A DNA stretch of 64,000 nt, from contig CAXXVO010000021.1 of NCBI GenBank assembly GCA_963422645.2, positions 64,001-128,000 of the forward strand, in the 5' to 3' direction. Made by a program: the position numbers and the translations under genes. This document shows positions 28,753 through 40,205 of the stretch, in pieces. The first letter of the stretch is position 1; the number at the start of each line of letters is the position of its first letter. The stretch comes from Alphaproteobacteria bacterium (GTDB lineage: Bacteria > Pseudomonadota > Alphaproteobacteria > UBA828). A model generated the notes under the pieces. It did no database searches. It saw nothing but the letters and a program-made list of their open reading frames with translations, and had not been told where the DNA came from.

Positions 28753-30576
28753 CTAAAACGACACCTCCAGCTCGTCGACGAAGCCTGCGATCACGTCGAG
28801 GCCCAGGGACCAGAACGCGGGCTTGCTCGCGTCGAGACCGAAGGGGGCCAACAGCTCGCGGTGGCGAAGGCTGCCGCCGGCCCGCAGCATGTCGAGATAC
28901 TTCTGCTCGAAGCCCGCAGGCGCAGCGCGATAGACCCCGTAGAGCGCATTCACCAGGCACTCGCCGAAGGCGTAGGCATAGACGTAGAAGGGCGCGTGGA
29001 TGAAGTGGGGGATGTAGGTCCAGTAGTGCCGGTACTCGTCGTGGAAACGGAGCGCCGGGCCCAGGCTCTCGCGCTGCACCGCGAGCCAGTGCTCGGAGAG
29101 GCGATCGGGCGTGAGCTCGCCTGAGCGGCGCTCCTCGTGCACGCGGCGTTCGAAGGCGCAGAAGGCGACCTGGCGCACCACCGTGTTCAGCATGTCCTCG
29201 ACCTTGCCGGCGAGCATGACCCGGCGGCGCTGAGGCTCGCTCTCGCTATTGAGGAGCGCGCGGAAGGTGAGCTGCTCGCCGAAGACCGAGGCGGTCTCGG
29301 CCAGCGTCAGCGGGGTCTCCGCCATCAAGAGGCCCTGCCCGCCCGCCAGCACCTGATGCACCCCGTGGCCGAGCTCGTGGGCCAGGATCATCACGTCGCG
29401 CGTCTTGCCCTGGTAGTTGAGCAGCAGGTAGGGGTGCGCGCCCGGCACCGTGGGATGAGCGAAGGCGCCCGGAGACTTGCCGTTGCGGACCGGCGCGTCG
29501 ATCCAGTCATTGTCGAAGAAGCGCCGGCCGATGCCTCCAAGCTCGGGAGAGAAGGCGCGGTAAGCCGCGAGCACGGTCTCCACCGCCTCGTCCCAGCCGA
29601 TAAGCCGATCGTCGTCTTCCGGCAGCGGCGCGGTGCGGTCCCAATAGTCGAGGCGGTCCACGCCCATCCAGCGCGCCTTGAGCCCGTAGTAGCGATGGGC
29701 GAGACGCGGCGCTGAGTCTTCGACGGCCGCAATCAGCGCGTCCACCACCTCGTCTTCCACCCGGTTGCCGAGATTGCGGGCGGAGATGGGCCGCTCGAAG
29801 CCGCGCCACTGGTCCTCGATTTCCTTGTCCTTGGCGAGCGTGTTGGTGATGAGCGCGAAGGTGCGAACGTTCTCGCCGAGCACGGTTCCCAAAGCCTGCG
29901 CCGCCTCCTTGCGTACCTCGCGCTCCTTGTCCGAGAGCAGGTTGAGCGCGTCCGCGCTGGTGAGCGCCTCGCCGCACACGGGGAAGCGCAGCGCCGCCAT
30001 GGTCTCGTCGAAGAGGCGCATCCAGGCCGAGCGGCCTGCGACCTGCTTCTCGTGCAGGAAGCGCTCCACCTCGTCCGACAGCTGGAAGGGACGGAACGCC
30101 CGCACGTCCCGCACCCAGGGCGCGTAGCGGGCGAGCGCGGGGGCCTGCAGCTTGTCTGCGAGCGCGTCGTCCTCGATCCGGTTGAGCTCGAGCGTGAGGA
30201 AGAGCAGCCGGCTGCCGATGGCGGTGGTCTCTTCCCGCACGGTCTGGAAAAACTGTGCCGTCTTGGCGTCGTCCATCGCCGTGCAGTAGACGAGATAGGC
30301 GTAGCTGGTGAGCCGCTCCAAGGTCTCCTGGATTGCCTCGTAGCGCGCGATCAGGCCGCCCAGGACCTCGCCGTCGAGGCTCGCGACACGGCCCGCGAAT
30401 TCTTCGTGCAGCGCCTCGGCCGCCGCAGCCGCCTGATCCAGATCGCGCCTGAGCGCGTCCGAGTCAGGGGCAGGGTAGAGGTCGGAGAGGTCCCACCCAG
30501 GCGGAGCGGCGTCGCTCTGCGCCTCCGCCGCCGCGGTGTCGTGCCCTCGCATCGCCCGCTCCCTCATCGTCGTCAC
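28753..30576 (-). CDS. pepF: M3 family oligoendopeptidase F
   Basis: WDLSDLY, LAHELGHGVH, AETAS, YVYAY. Confidence 0.92.
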   Translation of the reverse strand: MTTMRERAMRGHDTAAAEAQSDAAPPGWDLSDLYPAPDSDALRRDLDQAAAAAEALHEEFAGRVASLDGEVLGGLIARYEAIQETLERLTSYAYLVYCTAMDDAKTAQFFQTVREETTAIGSRLLFLTLELNRIEDDALADKLQAPALARYAPWVRDVRAFRPFQLSDEVERFLHEKQVAGRSAWMRLFDETMAALRFPVCGEALTSADALNLLSDKEREVRKEAAQALGTVLGENVRTFALITNTLAKDKEIEDQWRGFERPISARNLGNRVEDEVVDALIAAVEDSAPRLAHRYYGLKARWMGVDRLDYWDRTAPLPEDDDRLIGWDEAVETVLAAYRAFSPELGGIGRRFFDNDWIDAPVRNGKSPGAFAHPTVPGAHPYLLLNYQGKTRDVMILAHELGHGVHQVLAGGQGLLMAETPLTLAETASVFGEQLTFRALLNSESEPQRRRVMLAGKVEDMLNTVVRQVAFCAFERRVHEERRSGELTPDRLSEHWLAVQRESLGPALRFHDEYRHYWTYIPHFIHAPFYVYAYAFGECLVNALYGVYRAAPAGFEQKYLDMLRAGGSLRHRELLAPFGLDASKPAFWSLGLDVIAGFVDELEVSF

Positions 30577-31373
30577 CGGCTGCGGTCGAAAGTGGGCTTG
30601 CGGCGCTCGCGGAAGGCCGCGAGCCCTTCGCGATGATCGGCGGAGACGTTGGTAAGCGTCTCGTAGGCGATGGAGGCGTCCATCATCCCATGCGCGAGCT
30701 GCTTGAGGCCGACGTTGATCGAGACCTTGGTGAGCCGGATCGCCTGGGTGGCGCCTCTCTCCAGCTTGCCCACCATGCGCTCGACGCGGGCATCGAGCTC
30801 GCCCGCCGGCACCGCTTCGTTCACGAGGCCCAGGGCCGCGGCTTCGGCGCCCCCGATCAACTTGCCGGTCATCAGGAACTCCTTGGCGCGCGGGTAGCCG
30901 ATGAGCTGGGGCCAGATGATCGCCCCGCCGTCGCCCGCCGAGAGCCCGATGTCGACGTGCAGATCGCCGATCCGCGCCTCCTCGGCGGCGATGATGATGT
31001 CGCAGAAGAGCGCGACCGTGGCCCCGAGCCCCACCGCATCGCCGTTCAGGCGGCAGATCACAGGCTTCTCCAGGTCGAGCAGGCCGAACACGATCTGCTT
31101 CGCCTCGACGGCGATCCCGTCGAAAACCGTCGGGTCATCGACCGCGCCCTGGAGCCAGTCGATGTCGCCGCCGGCGCAGAAGGCGCGGCCCGCGCCTGTC
31201 AGCACGACGATGTCGGTCTCGCGGTCGGCGGCGATGTCGTAGAAGAGCCGCGCCATCTCGGCGTGCATGGCTGCGTTCACGGCGTTGAGCACGTCGGGCC
31301 GGTTGAGCGTCACGGTGAGCACGCGGCGTTCGCGCGCGAAGGTCATCGTGGTGTAGCCGTCGTAGCCCTTCAT
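30573..31373 (-). CDS. Enoyl-CoA hydratase/isomerase family protein
   Basis: LNRPDVLNA, AFCAGGDI, EGLAAFRERRKP. Confidence 0.92.
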   Translation of the reverse strand: MKGYDGYTTMTFARERRVLTVTLNRPDVLNAVNAAMHAEMARLFYDIAADRETDIVVLTGAGRAFCAGGDIDWLQGAVDDPTVFDGIAVEAKQIVFGLLDLEKPVICRLNGDAVGLGATVALFCDIIIAAEEARIGDLHVDIGLSAGDGGAIIWPQLIGYPRAKEFLMTGKLIGGAEAAALGLVNEAVPAGELDARVERMVGKLERGATQAIRLTKVSINVGLKQLAHGMMDASIAYETLTNVSADHREGLAAFRERRKPTFDRSR

Positions 31374-31698
31374 GCTCGTCTCCCGTGGTGCACGCCGGCG
31401 CGAGGGTGTCAGCAGGCCGGCGCGAACGCAATGCGGCGAGCACAAGAGCGCTTCCGTTTCATAGGGAATCGCTCTTGCATTTTATCGCTCACGGCAGCCG
31501 GCTCTTATTGGATCCCGCGCGCCTTGCGGCGCGACCCGGCACCTGCGCGGGCGCGCCGCAGGAGCGGCGGGCCGCAGTCGCGGCCTGTCGCGCGTCCGTC
31601 AAGGTCGGACGTGCTCTGGCTCGGATTTCTCCCCGTGGTAAGAAACGCGGGCTGGAGGGCTGGCCGCTGGATCGGCGCGGGCAACGAGAGGGAGTTCG

Positions 31699-32427
31699 AT
31701 GAGGGACCGTACCGTCCTGATTACCAACGTGGAGCATTTCGTGGGCCGGCCCGTCGCGGCCGAGCTCGCCGCCCAGGGTGCGACGGTGATCTGTCACGAC
31801 GAGAGCTTCGCCGATGCCGCAGCGGCGGAGCGCTTCGCGACAGCCAATCCCACGCTCGCCGTCGTCCGCGCGCAATCGCCGGTCGAGATCGTGGCGGCCG
31901 CGACCGAGCGCTATGGTCGCGTCGACGTGGTCATCTGCAACGACGCCGGCGCCGCGATCCGCGCGCCCATCGAGCGGGCGAGAGTCGACGACATGCGGTC
32001 CGCGCTGGAGGAAATGGTGATCTTTCCCTTCCAGATGGCCAGTGCCGTCGTGCCGCAGATGAAGCAACGGAAGCGGGGGAAGATTCTCTTCATCACCTCG
32101 GCGACGCCCCTGCGCGGGTTGCCGAACTACTCGATGTACGTGACCGCGCGCGGCGCCACCAACGCGCTCACCCTATCGCTTGCCCAGGAGCTCGGCCGCG
32201 ACAACATCCAGGTCAACGCGATCGCACCGAACTACGTCGAGAGCCCGACCTATTTCCCGCCCGAGCTGGTCAACGATCCCGACACGTTCGCCAAGATGAC
32301 CCGAAACATCCCCTTGAAGCGCCTCGGCAAGCCCGAGGAGGTGGCGGCGCTCGTGGCCTTCTACGCGTCCGACAAGAGCGACTTCATCACCGGCCACGTC
32401 ATGCCCTTCGCCGGCGGCTGGGCCTGA
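31699..32427 (+). CDS. Halohydrin dehalogenase-type SDR
   Basis: T-x4-F-x-G (TNVEHFVG) replaces TGxxxGxG; S-x12-Y-x3-R triad (SATPLRGLPNYSMYVTAR); IAPNY and YFP motifs. Confidence 0.85.
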   Translation: MRDRTVLITNVEHFVGRPVAAELAAQGATVICHDESFADAAAAERFATANPTLAVVRAQSPVEIVAAATERYGRVDVVICNDAGAAIRAPIERARVDDMRSALEEMVIFPFQMASAVVPQMKQRKRGKILFITSATPLRGLPNYSMYVTARGATNALTLSLAQELGRDNIQVNAIAPNYVESPTYFPPELVNDPDTFAKMTRNIPLKRLGKPEEVAALVAFYASDKSDFITGHVMPFAGGWA

Positions 32428-32446
32428 GAGCCGCGCAGGCCAGGAG

Positions 32447-33373
32447 ATGCCGGCCAGGGAGCAGGGCGCCGCCCTCCGCCAGGACGACCCGCCCGGCGAG
32501 GTCAGCGTCGTCATGGTCTCGTACCGGACCGGGCCTGTGCTCCCGCAGGCCATCGATGCGGTGCTTGCGCCGGACCAGGCGGGCGTCGGCGAGCTGATTC
32601 TCGTCGACAACGGCAACCCGCCGGACGTGAGGGCGGCGCTCGCGCGCCGGGCGGAGGCGGAGCCGCGCCTGCGCTTCGTCAGCGGCCTCGGCAACGTGGG
32701 TTATGCGCGCGCCTGCAACCGCGGGGCGCGAGAGGCACGGGGACGCTACCTGCTGCTGCTGAACCCGGACTGCTGCCTTGGCCCCGGCGCGGTGCCTGCC
32801 CTGCTGACCGAAGCCGCAGCGCTCGATCGCGACTGGATGCTCGGCTGCCGCGTGCGCAACCCCGACGGCACCGACCAGCGCGGCTCGCGGCGGGCGCTCC
32901 TCACCCCCGTCACTGCGCTGGTCGAAGCGTTCCGGCTCGACCGGCTTTCGCCGCGGCTTTTTTGGCGACATCGGCTCAACCAGCACGATATGCCCCTTCC
33001 CAAGGGCATCGCGCGCGTGCCCGCCATCAGTGGCGCCTGCATGATGCTGCCGGCCGCGACCTATCGCGCCGCCGGCGGCATGGACGACGGCTACTTCCTG
33101 CACGTCGAGGATCTCGACCTTTGCCTGCGGCTGCACCGGGCCGGGACTCCGGTCTACTTCGCCCCCCACGTGCAGGCGATCCACCACGCGGGCAGCAGCC
33201 ACGCCCACCCGCTCCTGGTCGAATGGCACAAGACACGGAGCCTGCTCCGGTACTTCGGGCTGCACTACCGCGCTCTCCCCTGGCTGGCGCTGCTGGGTCC
33301 CCTCGCCGCCGGGTGCCTCGCCCGTTTCGGGATCCGGGCGATGATGTCGTGGTGGCGCCCCGCCCGGCCGTAG
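32447..33373 (+). CDS. GT2 glycosyltransferase
   Basis: VDNG, NVGYARACN, LLNPD, GACM, EDLDLCLR. Confidence 0.9.
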   Translation: MPAREQGAALRQDDPPGEVSVVMVSYRTGPVLPQAIDAVLAPDQAGVGELILVDNGNPPDVRAALARRAEAEPRLRFVSGLGNVGYARACNRGAREARGRYLLLLNPDCCLGPGAVPALLTEAAALDRDWMLGCRVRNPDGTDQRGSRRALLTPVTALVEAFRLDRLSPRLFWRHRLNQHDMPLPKGIARVPAISGACMMLPAATYRAAGGMDDGYFLHVEDLDLCLRLHRAGTPVYFAPHVQAIHHAGSSHAHPLLVEWHKTRSLLRYFGLHYRALPWLALLGPLAAGCLARFGIRAMMSWWRPARP

Positions 33374-33386
33374 GGCGGCGCGGCGC

Positions 33387-33664
33387 TCAGCGAGGTGCGG
33401 TAGTGCCGGCCTCGCTCTCGCCCCGCTCGCCCGCGAGCCTGAGCAAGTGTTCGCCGTAGCTGCTCTTGCGCAGGCGATGGCCGAGCGCGGCGAGTTCCGC
33501 GCGGTCGATCCAGCCGTTCAGAAAGGCGATCTCCTCGGGAACGCCGATACGCTGGCTCTGGCACGTCTCGATGGTGTGAACGAAGCGCGCCGCCGCCGCC
33601 AGGCTGTCGTGCGTCCCGGTATCGAACCAGGTGAAACCGGGGCCCAGCCGTTCGACCGCCAGAT
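33387..33664 (-). pseudogene. rfbA: 3' fragment of glucose-1-phosphate thymidylyltransferase, cut by IS21
   Basis: Translates VERLGPGFTWFDTGTHDSL...PEEIAFLNGWID...SSYGEHLL. Confidence 0.85.
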
Positions 33665-33866
33665 TGTCAATCGGCTTTCAATACTGACCCCCGATCGGCG
33701 TGCAAAATTGACCCCCCTGAGTGGCACGGCGGAGGTTGTCCCGGTAGCCAATAGGGGGGACCCGCGCGGCTTCGTGTGGCGCCCTGCGCTACGCGGAGCG
33801 AAGCCGCGTGGGGGGTCCCTGTTGGCCCACCGGGGCAACCGGGCCGCAAGGGAGGCCGGCGGCGGG

Positions 33867-34595
33867 TCAGGAGCGGTTCTTGAAGCGCCAGCTCTCGTTG
33901 CCGGTCTCGATGATCTCGCAATGATGGGTGAGGCGATCGAGCAGCGCTGTGGTCATCTTGGGGTCGCCGAAGACGGATGGCCATTCGCCGAAGGCGAGGT
34001 TTGTGGTGATGACGATCGAGGTGCGCTCGTAGAGCCGGCTCATCAGATGGAAGAGCAGCTGCCCACCGGCCTGGGCGAAGGGCAGGTAGCCGAGCTCGTC
34101 GAGGATGACGAAGTCGCGGCGGACGAGCTGGTCTGCAGTGCGGCCCTGGCGTCCGGCGCGAAGCTCGGCCTCGAGGAGGTTGACCAGGTCGACGACGTTG
34201 TAGCACCGGCCGCGCGCGCCCTTGCGGATGCAGGACCGCGCGATGGCGACGGCGAGATGGGTCTTGCCGGTACCGGTGCCGCCGACCAGCACGATGTTGC
34301 GTTTGCCCTCGAGGAAGCCGCCGCCGGCGAGCTCCTGGATCAGGGGCTCGTTGACCGGCGAGGCGGCGAAGTCGAAGTCGGCCAGCTCCTTGACCGTCGG
34401 CAGCTTGGCGGAGGCCATCTGGTACTTGATCGAGCGGGCCCTCTTGTCGGCGATCTCGACCTGCAGCAGCGTACCGATGATCTGTTGCACCGGATGGCGG
34501 CGCTTGAGCCCGTCGGCAAGGATGTCGTCGTAAGCGGCGCGCATACCTGCGAGCTTCAGCTGGGTCATCATCTCCAGCACATCATGACGCTCCAT
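33867..34595 (-). CDS. istB: IS21 helper ATPase IstB
   Basis: Identical protein to 21123-21851. Confidence 0.95.
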   Translation of the reverse strand: MERHDVLEMMTQLKLAGMRAAYDDILADGLKRRHPVQQIIGTLLQVEIADKRARSIKYQMASAKLPTVKELADFDFAASPVNEPLIQELAGGGFLEGKRNIVLVGGTGTGKTHLAVAIARSCIRKGARGRCYNVVDLVNLLEAELRAGRQGRTADQLVRRDFVILDELGYLPFAQAGGQLLFHLMSRLYERTSIVITTNLAFGEWPSVFGDPKMTTALLDRLTHHCEIIETGNESWRFKNRS

Positions 34596-36096
34596 GACCG
34601 GCCTCCCTCAGGCTGTCGTAGCGCTGACAGTCGGCTACCGGCTTGTGGCGAAGCTGCAGGCCCTCGGGCGTCGGGATGATTGCCGGCGGTGCCGGCTGGC
34701 GCTGCCGGGCGAGGATGTTGAGCACCACGTCGGCGCTGCAGGCACCGCAGTCGAGCGTCTCGGCACAGGCCGCCTCAACCGCCTCCAGTCCGTCCTCCAG
34801 CACCGCCGCGAGCACCTTGACGAACTGCCGGTCGCCGTCGTCGTGGCCCGCGAGCCGGGTTCGCAGGCGGCCGAGCGCGTTGGGCAACTGCCAGTCCTTG
34901 AAGGGCGCGCCATTGCGTAGCGCGCCGGGCTTCCGCGTCAGGATCGGCACGTAATGCCACGGATCGTAGACGAACCGGCCGCGCCCGAAGCTGCGGGGGT
35001 GCTCGGCAACGGTCTCGCCGTCCTGGCGGATGACGATCCGATCGGCATAGGCCCGCACGTCCACCGGCCGGCCGACGGCGCGGGCCGCGACGCTGTACTG
35101 GTTGTTGTCGAAGCGCACCAGACAGGTCTTCGAGACCGACACCTCGCTGGCATGGAAGCCGTCGAAGGGGCCGCGATACGCCATCAGGAAGGGCTGCTCC
35201 TCCTCGAACACCTGCCACACCGTCTTGCCCGGGATTGTCGGATGCGGATGCTTCTTGGCGTCCTCGATGCACCGATCCATCAGCCACTCGTTGATCTCGG
35301 CGTAGGAGCGGCCCCGCGGGATGGGCACGAACAGGCGGCCGCGAAGGTCACCCACCTGCTTCTCGACCTGCCCCTTCTCCCAGCCAGCCCCTGGCGTGCA
35401 CGCCACAGGCTCCACCAGATGGTGCGAGCACAGCTCCTGGAAGCGGCGGTTGTAGTCCCGCTTCTTGCCCACGAAGATCGTGCTCACCGCCGTCTTCATG
35501 TTGTCGTAGATGCCCCGCCGGCAGACCCCGCCGAAGAAGCGGAAGGCACGCTCGTGCGCCTCGAAGACCATCTCCTGGCTCTCGCGGGGAAAGATCTGGA
35601 CCAGATACATCCGGCTGTGGCACAGCCGCATGTGCGCCGCCTTCACCCTGGTCGTCGCGCCCGACAGACGCGCGTACTCGTGGCTCCAGTCGAACTGGTA
35701 GGCCTCGCCGGGATCGAAGATCAGCGGCACATAGGCCTGCGCCGGCGACAACAGCCGCCACCGGCGCCGCCAGGCCCTGGCATAGCGGCGAACCGCGTCA
35801 TAGCCGCCCTTGTAGCCCAGCGACACAAGGTCTTCATGAATCCGCAGAAGAGACAGCCGATCCTTGCGTGCCTTCTTCTCGTTGGCCTTCAGCTGGCGCT
35901 CAAGCTCCTCCACCCACAGCCCAAGCTTCGGCATCGGCTGGATCTTGCGCTCGTAGCTGTGCGAGGTCGCATCGCCCCGCACCACCTTGCGTATCGTGTT
36001 CTTGGAAACCCTCAAATCCCGGGCGAGCTTCTTGATCGGAACGCCCTTCACCAGATGATCCCGACGGATCTTCGCGATCGTTTCCACAACCAGCAT
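34582..36096 (-). CDS. istA: IS21 transposase IstA
   Basis: Identical protein to copy 1. Confidence 0.95.
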   Translation of the reverse strand: MLVVETIAKIRRDHLVKGVPIKKLARDLRVSKNTIRKVVRGDATSHSYERKIQPMPKLGLWVEELERQLKANEKKARKDRLSLLRIHEDLVSLGYKGGYDAVRRYARAWRRRWRLLSPAQAYVPLIFDPGEAYQFDWSHEYARLSGATTRVKAAHMRLCHSRMYLVQIFPRESQEMVFEAHERAFRFFGGVCRRGIYDNMKTAVSTIFVGKKRDYNRRFQELCSHHLVEPVACTPGAGWEKGQVEKQVGDLRGRLFVPIPRGRSYAEINEWLMDRCIEDAKKHPHPTIPGKTVWQVFEEEQPFLMAYRGPFDGFHASEVSVSKTCLVRFDNNQYSVAARAVGRPVDVRAYADRIVIRQDGETVAEHPRSFGRGRFVYDPWHYVPILTRKPGALRNGAPFKDWQLPNALGRLRTRLAGHDDGDRQFVKVLAAVLEDGLEAVEAACAETLDCGACSADVVLNILARQRQPAPPAIIPTPEGLQLRHKPVADCQRYDSLREAGHGAS

Positions 36097-36215
36097 CTCC
36101 CCCACCACCCCGTCCGTCCAAACGACGAGGTGTGTTCATGGACACAAATCCAAGGGGGTCAATTTTGGACGCCGATCACCCCCAATAGGGGGTCACTTTT
36201 CCACGCTTAACAACA

Positions 36216-36418
36216 GTCTGGTGCGAACCGAGGTCGTCTGGTTCAACTACGCCCCCGACCGGATGCATTGGGCCAGCCACGCAGGCCGGAACTTCACCGA
36301 CCGCCAGCGCATCAAGCGCAAGGCAGCCAACTGGGGCCGGCGCTACCAGGCCTTGCCGCCGGGCGAACGCCTCGCCGTGCTCGCCGCCATGATGGCCGTC
36401 GAGGCCGAAGACACGTGA
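36216..36418 (+). pseudogene. C-terminal fragment of a probable DNA adenine methylase-like passenger gene
   Basis: RTEVVWFNY resembles the terminal E-x-x-W-x-N-Y motif of Dam/D12-class MTases; stop overlaps IS66 tnp start (GTGA). Confidence 0.5.
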
Positions 36419-37955
36419 CGGTGTCGCACTGGCACGAAGACCTCGCCGCCCGTAACGAGGCCTTCTGCTGCCTGAAGGAGCTTCTCGAGCCATCATCCCT
36501 CGCAACCACTGTCGTCGTTGCCGTCCGGGAATGGGGGCAGGGGCTGCTGCGATCAGCCACCGCGCTCGCCCGGGAAAATGCCGCACTCGAGCAGGAGAAC
36601 GCGGCCCTGCGCGAGCGCATCGCCGAACTCGAGCGCAGCGCGGCCCTCAACAGCACCACAAGCAGCAAGCCCCCCGCCAGCGACGGGCTCAAGAAGAAAA
36701 GCGGAGCCCAGAGGCGCACCCAAAGCCAGCGCGGAAAGTCCGGCGGGCCCAGTGGCGGCCAGCCCGGCCACAAGGGAACCACCCTCGCGCGGAGCGACAG
36801 CCCGGACCGTGTCGTCGATCACCACCCCTCCACCTGTTCCGGCTGTGGCGTCGAGCTCTCGGACGCCGACCGGCAAGGCGCGCCCGCCTGTCGGCAGGTC
36901 TTCGACGTACCCGAGCCGCAGCCTCTCGAGGTCACCGAACACCGCGCCCATCGCTGCCTCTGCGGCGCATGCGGCACGCTGACACGAGCCGCCTTCCCGC
37001 CGGGCGTCACCGCCCCGGTCCAGTACGGCCCTCGCATCACCGCTTGGGTGAGTTACCTGCTGTACGCCCAGTTCGTGCCCGAGAAGCGTCTGGCCGAACT
37101 CATGAGCGACATCTTCGCGGTGTCCATCTCCACTGCCACGATCGCCGCCATGGGCCGGCGCACAGCGCAGCGCTTCGAGGGCTTCCTCGACCATGTCGCC
37201 GATCTGATCCGCACGCAGGCGCCGGTCAAGCACCTCGACGAGACCGGCCTGCGTATCGCCGCCCGTACCCGCTGGCTCCATGTGCTGTGCACCCCGTTGC
37301 TCACCGTCCTGCGCATCGGCGAGGGACGCGGCGATGTCGAAAAGAACCTGAAAGGCATCCTCGTCCACGACGACTTCGCCCCCTACTTCACCATCAAGGG
37401 CTCATCCGCCACGGCGCCTGCAACGCACATCACCTGCGCGAACTCCAGGCCCTGATCGACATCGAGAAGGAGGAATGGGCGGCGAGCATGCACCGCCTGC
37501 TTCAGCGCGCGCGCAGGGCCGCCCGCTTCGCCCGTGAGAAAGACCGTCAAGTCCCCGCCTCCCTGGTGGCCCGCATCTCAAGGGCATGGGACCGTATCCT
37601 CGAAGAAGCCATCGCCTTCCATGAGGCCCAACCGCCGCTCCAGATCGCAAAGCGAGGGCGAAAGAAACGCCGCATCGGCCACAACCTCGCGCGCCGCCTT
37701 CAAAAGCATAAGGAGGGCTGCCTGCGCTTCCTCACCGACCTGCGCACGCCGTTCACGAATAACGAGGCGGAGCGTGACATCCGTATGAACAAAGTGCATG
37801 AGAAGATCTCAGGCGGCTTCCGCTCCCTGCAAGGCGCCTGCAACTTCGCCGGAATGCGCAGCGTCATCGTCACCGCTCGAAAGCAAGGCTGGAACATCCT
37901 GCAAATCCTGGCGCACCCGGAACCGATGCAGCTGATCCCTATACTGCGCTCCTGA
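36415..37955 (+). pseudogene. IS66 transposase, frameshift near 37402
   Basis: SSKPPASD, GGQPGHKG, HLDETG | CNAHHLREL, TNNEAERDIR in two frames. Confidence 0.88.
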
Positions 37956-38120
37956 ACTTCTCCGGCTCATCCTGAGTATCGCTGTCCTCTCATCTTGTTC
38001 GCGACGCGGCGTTCATCATCCTCTCGCGCTCAAGAGAGTAGGCACCCCCGCGGCGTGGGGGCGTTGACGCAAAAGGAACTGGCTTGTTCCATAAGAGAGA
38101 GGGGGTACCTGGGCAGTTAC

Positions 38121-38998
38121 CCTTCGAAGAGTATATGGCGGCCAATCCCAACCGCACGAAGCGCACCAACGAGCTCTACCGCTACGAGGCGAAGCGGTAT
38201 CTGAGCGACTGGCTCACCCGCCCGCTCGACGCTATCGCGCGCAAGGATGTCGAGGCCCGCTTCAACAGCATCACGGCCGACCACGGCTGGTCGGCGGCCA
38301 ACCGGGCGATGTCGCTTCTGCGCTCGGTCTACCGCAGGCCCTGCGTCGACCTGGACGGGCTACGCAATCCGGTCGATCTCTGGCTCGCCGGCGGCGGCAA
38401 GTTCCACCGCAAGACAAGGCGCAAGATCTCGGCCCCGGCAGAGGTGCTGCCGTGCTGGCGCGCCGGGATCGAGGCTGAGGTGCACAACCCGGCGATCCGG
38501 GATACCCTCTGGTTCGGGCTCTACACCGGCATGCGCCGCGAGGAGGTGCTCACACTCCGCTGGGAGCGGGTCGACCTGGCAGCGCTCACCTTCCGGGTCG
38601 AGGAAACCAAGACCGGCGTGCCCCTGGAGCTTCCGATCACCCGGCAACTCGCGGCCATTCTCGAACGCCGCCTGGCCGCCGTCGGCGACTACTCGCCCGG
38701 CGTTGGCGACTGGGTGTTTCCCTCGCCTACCAGTGCCACCGGCCATGTGCAGGATATCCATCATCTCTACAGCCGCATCGGCAAGGCCGGCGGCGCCAAG
38801 TTCTGGTTTCACGGCCTGCGGAACTGCTTCATCACCGTCGCCGAGCGCGAGCTGATGCTGCCCTCCTCCCTCACCAAGCGCCTCGTCAACCACGCCCGCC
38901 CCAACGACGTCACCGAAGGCTACGCAGCCGACTGGACCGTCTCCCAACTCCGAGAACCGGCGCAGAATGTCGCCGACCGGATCGAGGCGCTCTTGGCC
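38121..38998 (+). pseudogene. Tyrosine recombinase/integrase, N-terminus lost
   Basis: YTGMRREE, KTG, HGLR, LVNH..DVTEGY catalytic residues. Confidence 0.88.
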
Positions 38999-40103
38999 CC
39001 TGTGCCGAGACGCTCGACTGCGGTGCCTGCAGCGCCGACGTGGTGCTCAACATCCTCGCCCGGCAGCGCCAGCCGGCACCGCCGGCAATCATCCCGACGC
39101 CCGAGGGCCTGCAGCTTCGCCACAAGCCGGTAGCCGACTGTCAGCGCTACGACAGCCTGAGGGAGGCCGGTCATGGAGCGTCATGATGTGCTGGAGATGA
39201 TGACCCAGCTGAAGCTCGCAGGTATGCGCGCCGCTTACGACGACATCCTTGCCGACGGGCTCAAGCGCCGCCATCCGGTGCAACAGATCATCGGTACGCT
39301 GCTGCAGGTCGAGATCGCCGACAAGAGGGCCCGCTCGATCAAGTACCAGATGGCCTCCGCCAAGCTGCCGACGGTCAAGGAGCTGGCCGACTTCGACTTC
39401 GCCGCCTCGCCGGTCAACGAGCCCCTGATCCAGGAGCTCGCCGGCGGCGGCTTCCTCGAGGGCAAACGCAACATCGTGCTGGTCGGCGGCACCGGTACCG
39501 GCAAGACCCATCTCGCCGTCGCCATCGCGCGGTCCTGCATCCGCAAGGGCGCGCGCGGCCGGTGCTACAACGTCGTCGACCTGGTCAACCTCCTCGAGGC
39601 CGAGCTTCGCGCCGGACGCCAGGGCCGCACTGCAGACCAGCTCGTCCGCCGCGACTTCGTCATCCTCGACGAGCTCGGCTACCTGCCCTTCGCCCAGGCC
39701 GGTGGGCAGCTGCTCTTCCATCTGATGAGCCGGCTCTACGAGCGCACCTCGATCGTCATCACCACAAACCTCGCCTTCGGCGAATGGCCATCCGTCTTCG
39801 GCGACCCCAAGATGACCACAGCGCTGCTCGATCGCCTCACCCATCATTGCGAGATCATCGAGACCGGCAACGAGAGCTGGCGCTTCAAGAACCGCTCCTG
39901 ACCCGCCGCCGGCCTCCCTTGCGGCCCGGTTGCCCCGGTGGGCCAACAGGGACCCCCCACGCGGCTTCGCTCCGCGTAGCGCAGGGCGCCACACGAAGCC
40001 GCGCGGGTCCCCCCTATTGGCTACCGGGACAACCTCCGCCGTGCCACTCAGGGGGGTCAATTTTGCACGCCGATCGGGGGTCAGTATTGAAAGCCGATTG
40101 ACA
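38999..40103 (+). mobile_element. Partial IS21 copy 3 (istA 3' end, istB, one IR), inverted relative to copies 1 and 2
   Basis: Reverse complement of about 20921-22025; ends CCGATTGACA. Confidence 0.92.
39173..39901 (+). CDS. istB: IS21 helper ATPase IstB
   Basis: Identical protein to the other copies. Confidence 0.95.
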   Translation: MERHDVLEMMTQLKLAGMRAAYDDILADGLKRRHPVQQIIGTLLQVEIADKRARSIKYQMASAKLPTVKELADFDFAASPVNEPLIQELAGGGFLEGKRNIVLVGGTGTGKTHLAVAIARSCIRKGARGRCYNVVDLVNLLEAELRAGRQGRTADQLVRRDFVILDELGYLPFAQAGGQLLFHLMSRLYERTSIVITTNLAFGEWPSVFGDPKMTTALLDRLTHHCEIIETGNESWRFKNRS

Positions 40104-40205
40104 CTGCTCGCCGCCGGCGCCGAGAAGAACCGCGAGGTTCTCGACGAGAAGCTCTTCATGGAGATCCTGGGCGAGCCCGCCAAGCCGAAGAGGGCACGGC
40201 GGTGA
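40104..40205 (+). pseudogene. C-terminal remnant of a gene cut by IS21, possibly an ExeA-like transposition ATPase
   Basis: LLAAGAEKNREVLDEKLFMEI...RARR*; GTGA overlap with next gene. Confidence 0.4.

Larger units (their letters stand above)
33665..36215 (-). mobile_element. IS21 family element, copy 2
   Basis: Same sequence, ORFs and orientation as 20921-23471. Confidence 0.95.
36216..38120 (+). mobile_element. IS66 family element, left end lost to IS21
   Basis: Right IR CCTGGGCAGTTAC ends at 38120, the same IR as the 49835 element. Confidence 0.8.

Noticed and set aside
28600-28755. Possible IS-end remnant (..GGTGAGAAATGCGGGCTA) at the island/pepF boundary
   Set aside because: No partner IR or transposase in the window; cannot be supported without a search
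20913-36223. GTCTGGGC / GTCTGGTG as target duplication of a composite transposon
   Set aside because: Only 6 of 8 match and the flanking genes are unrelated
38084-39133. Integrase as an intact 349-aa gene
   Set aside because: Its start lies inside the IS66 end and its tail is out-of-frame istA sequence
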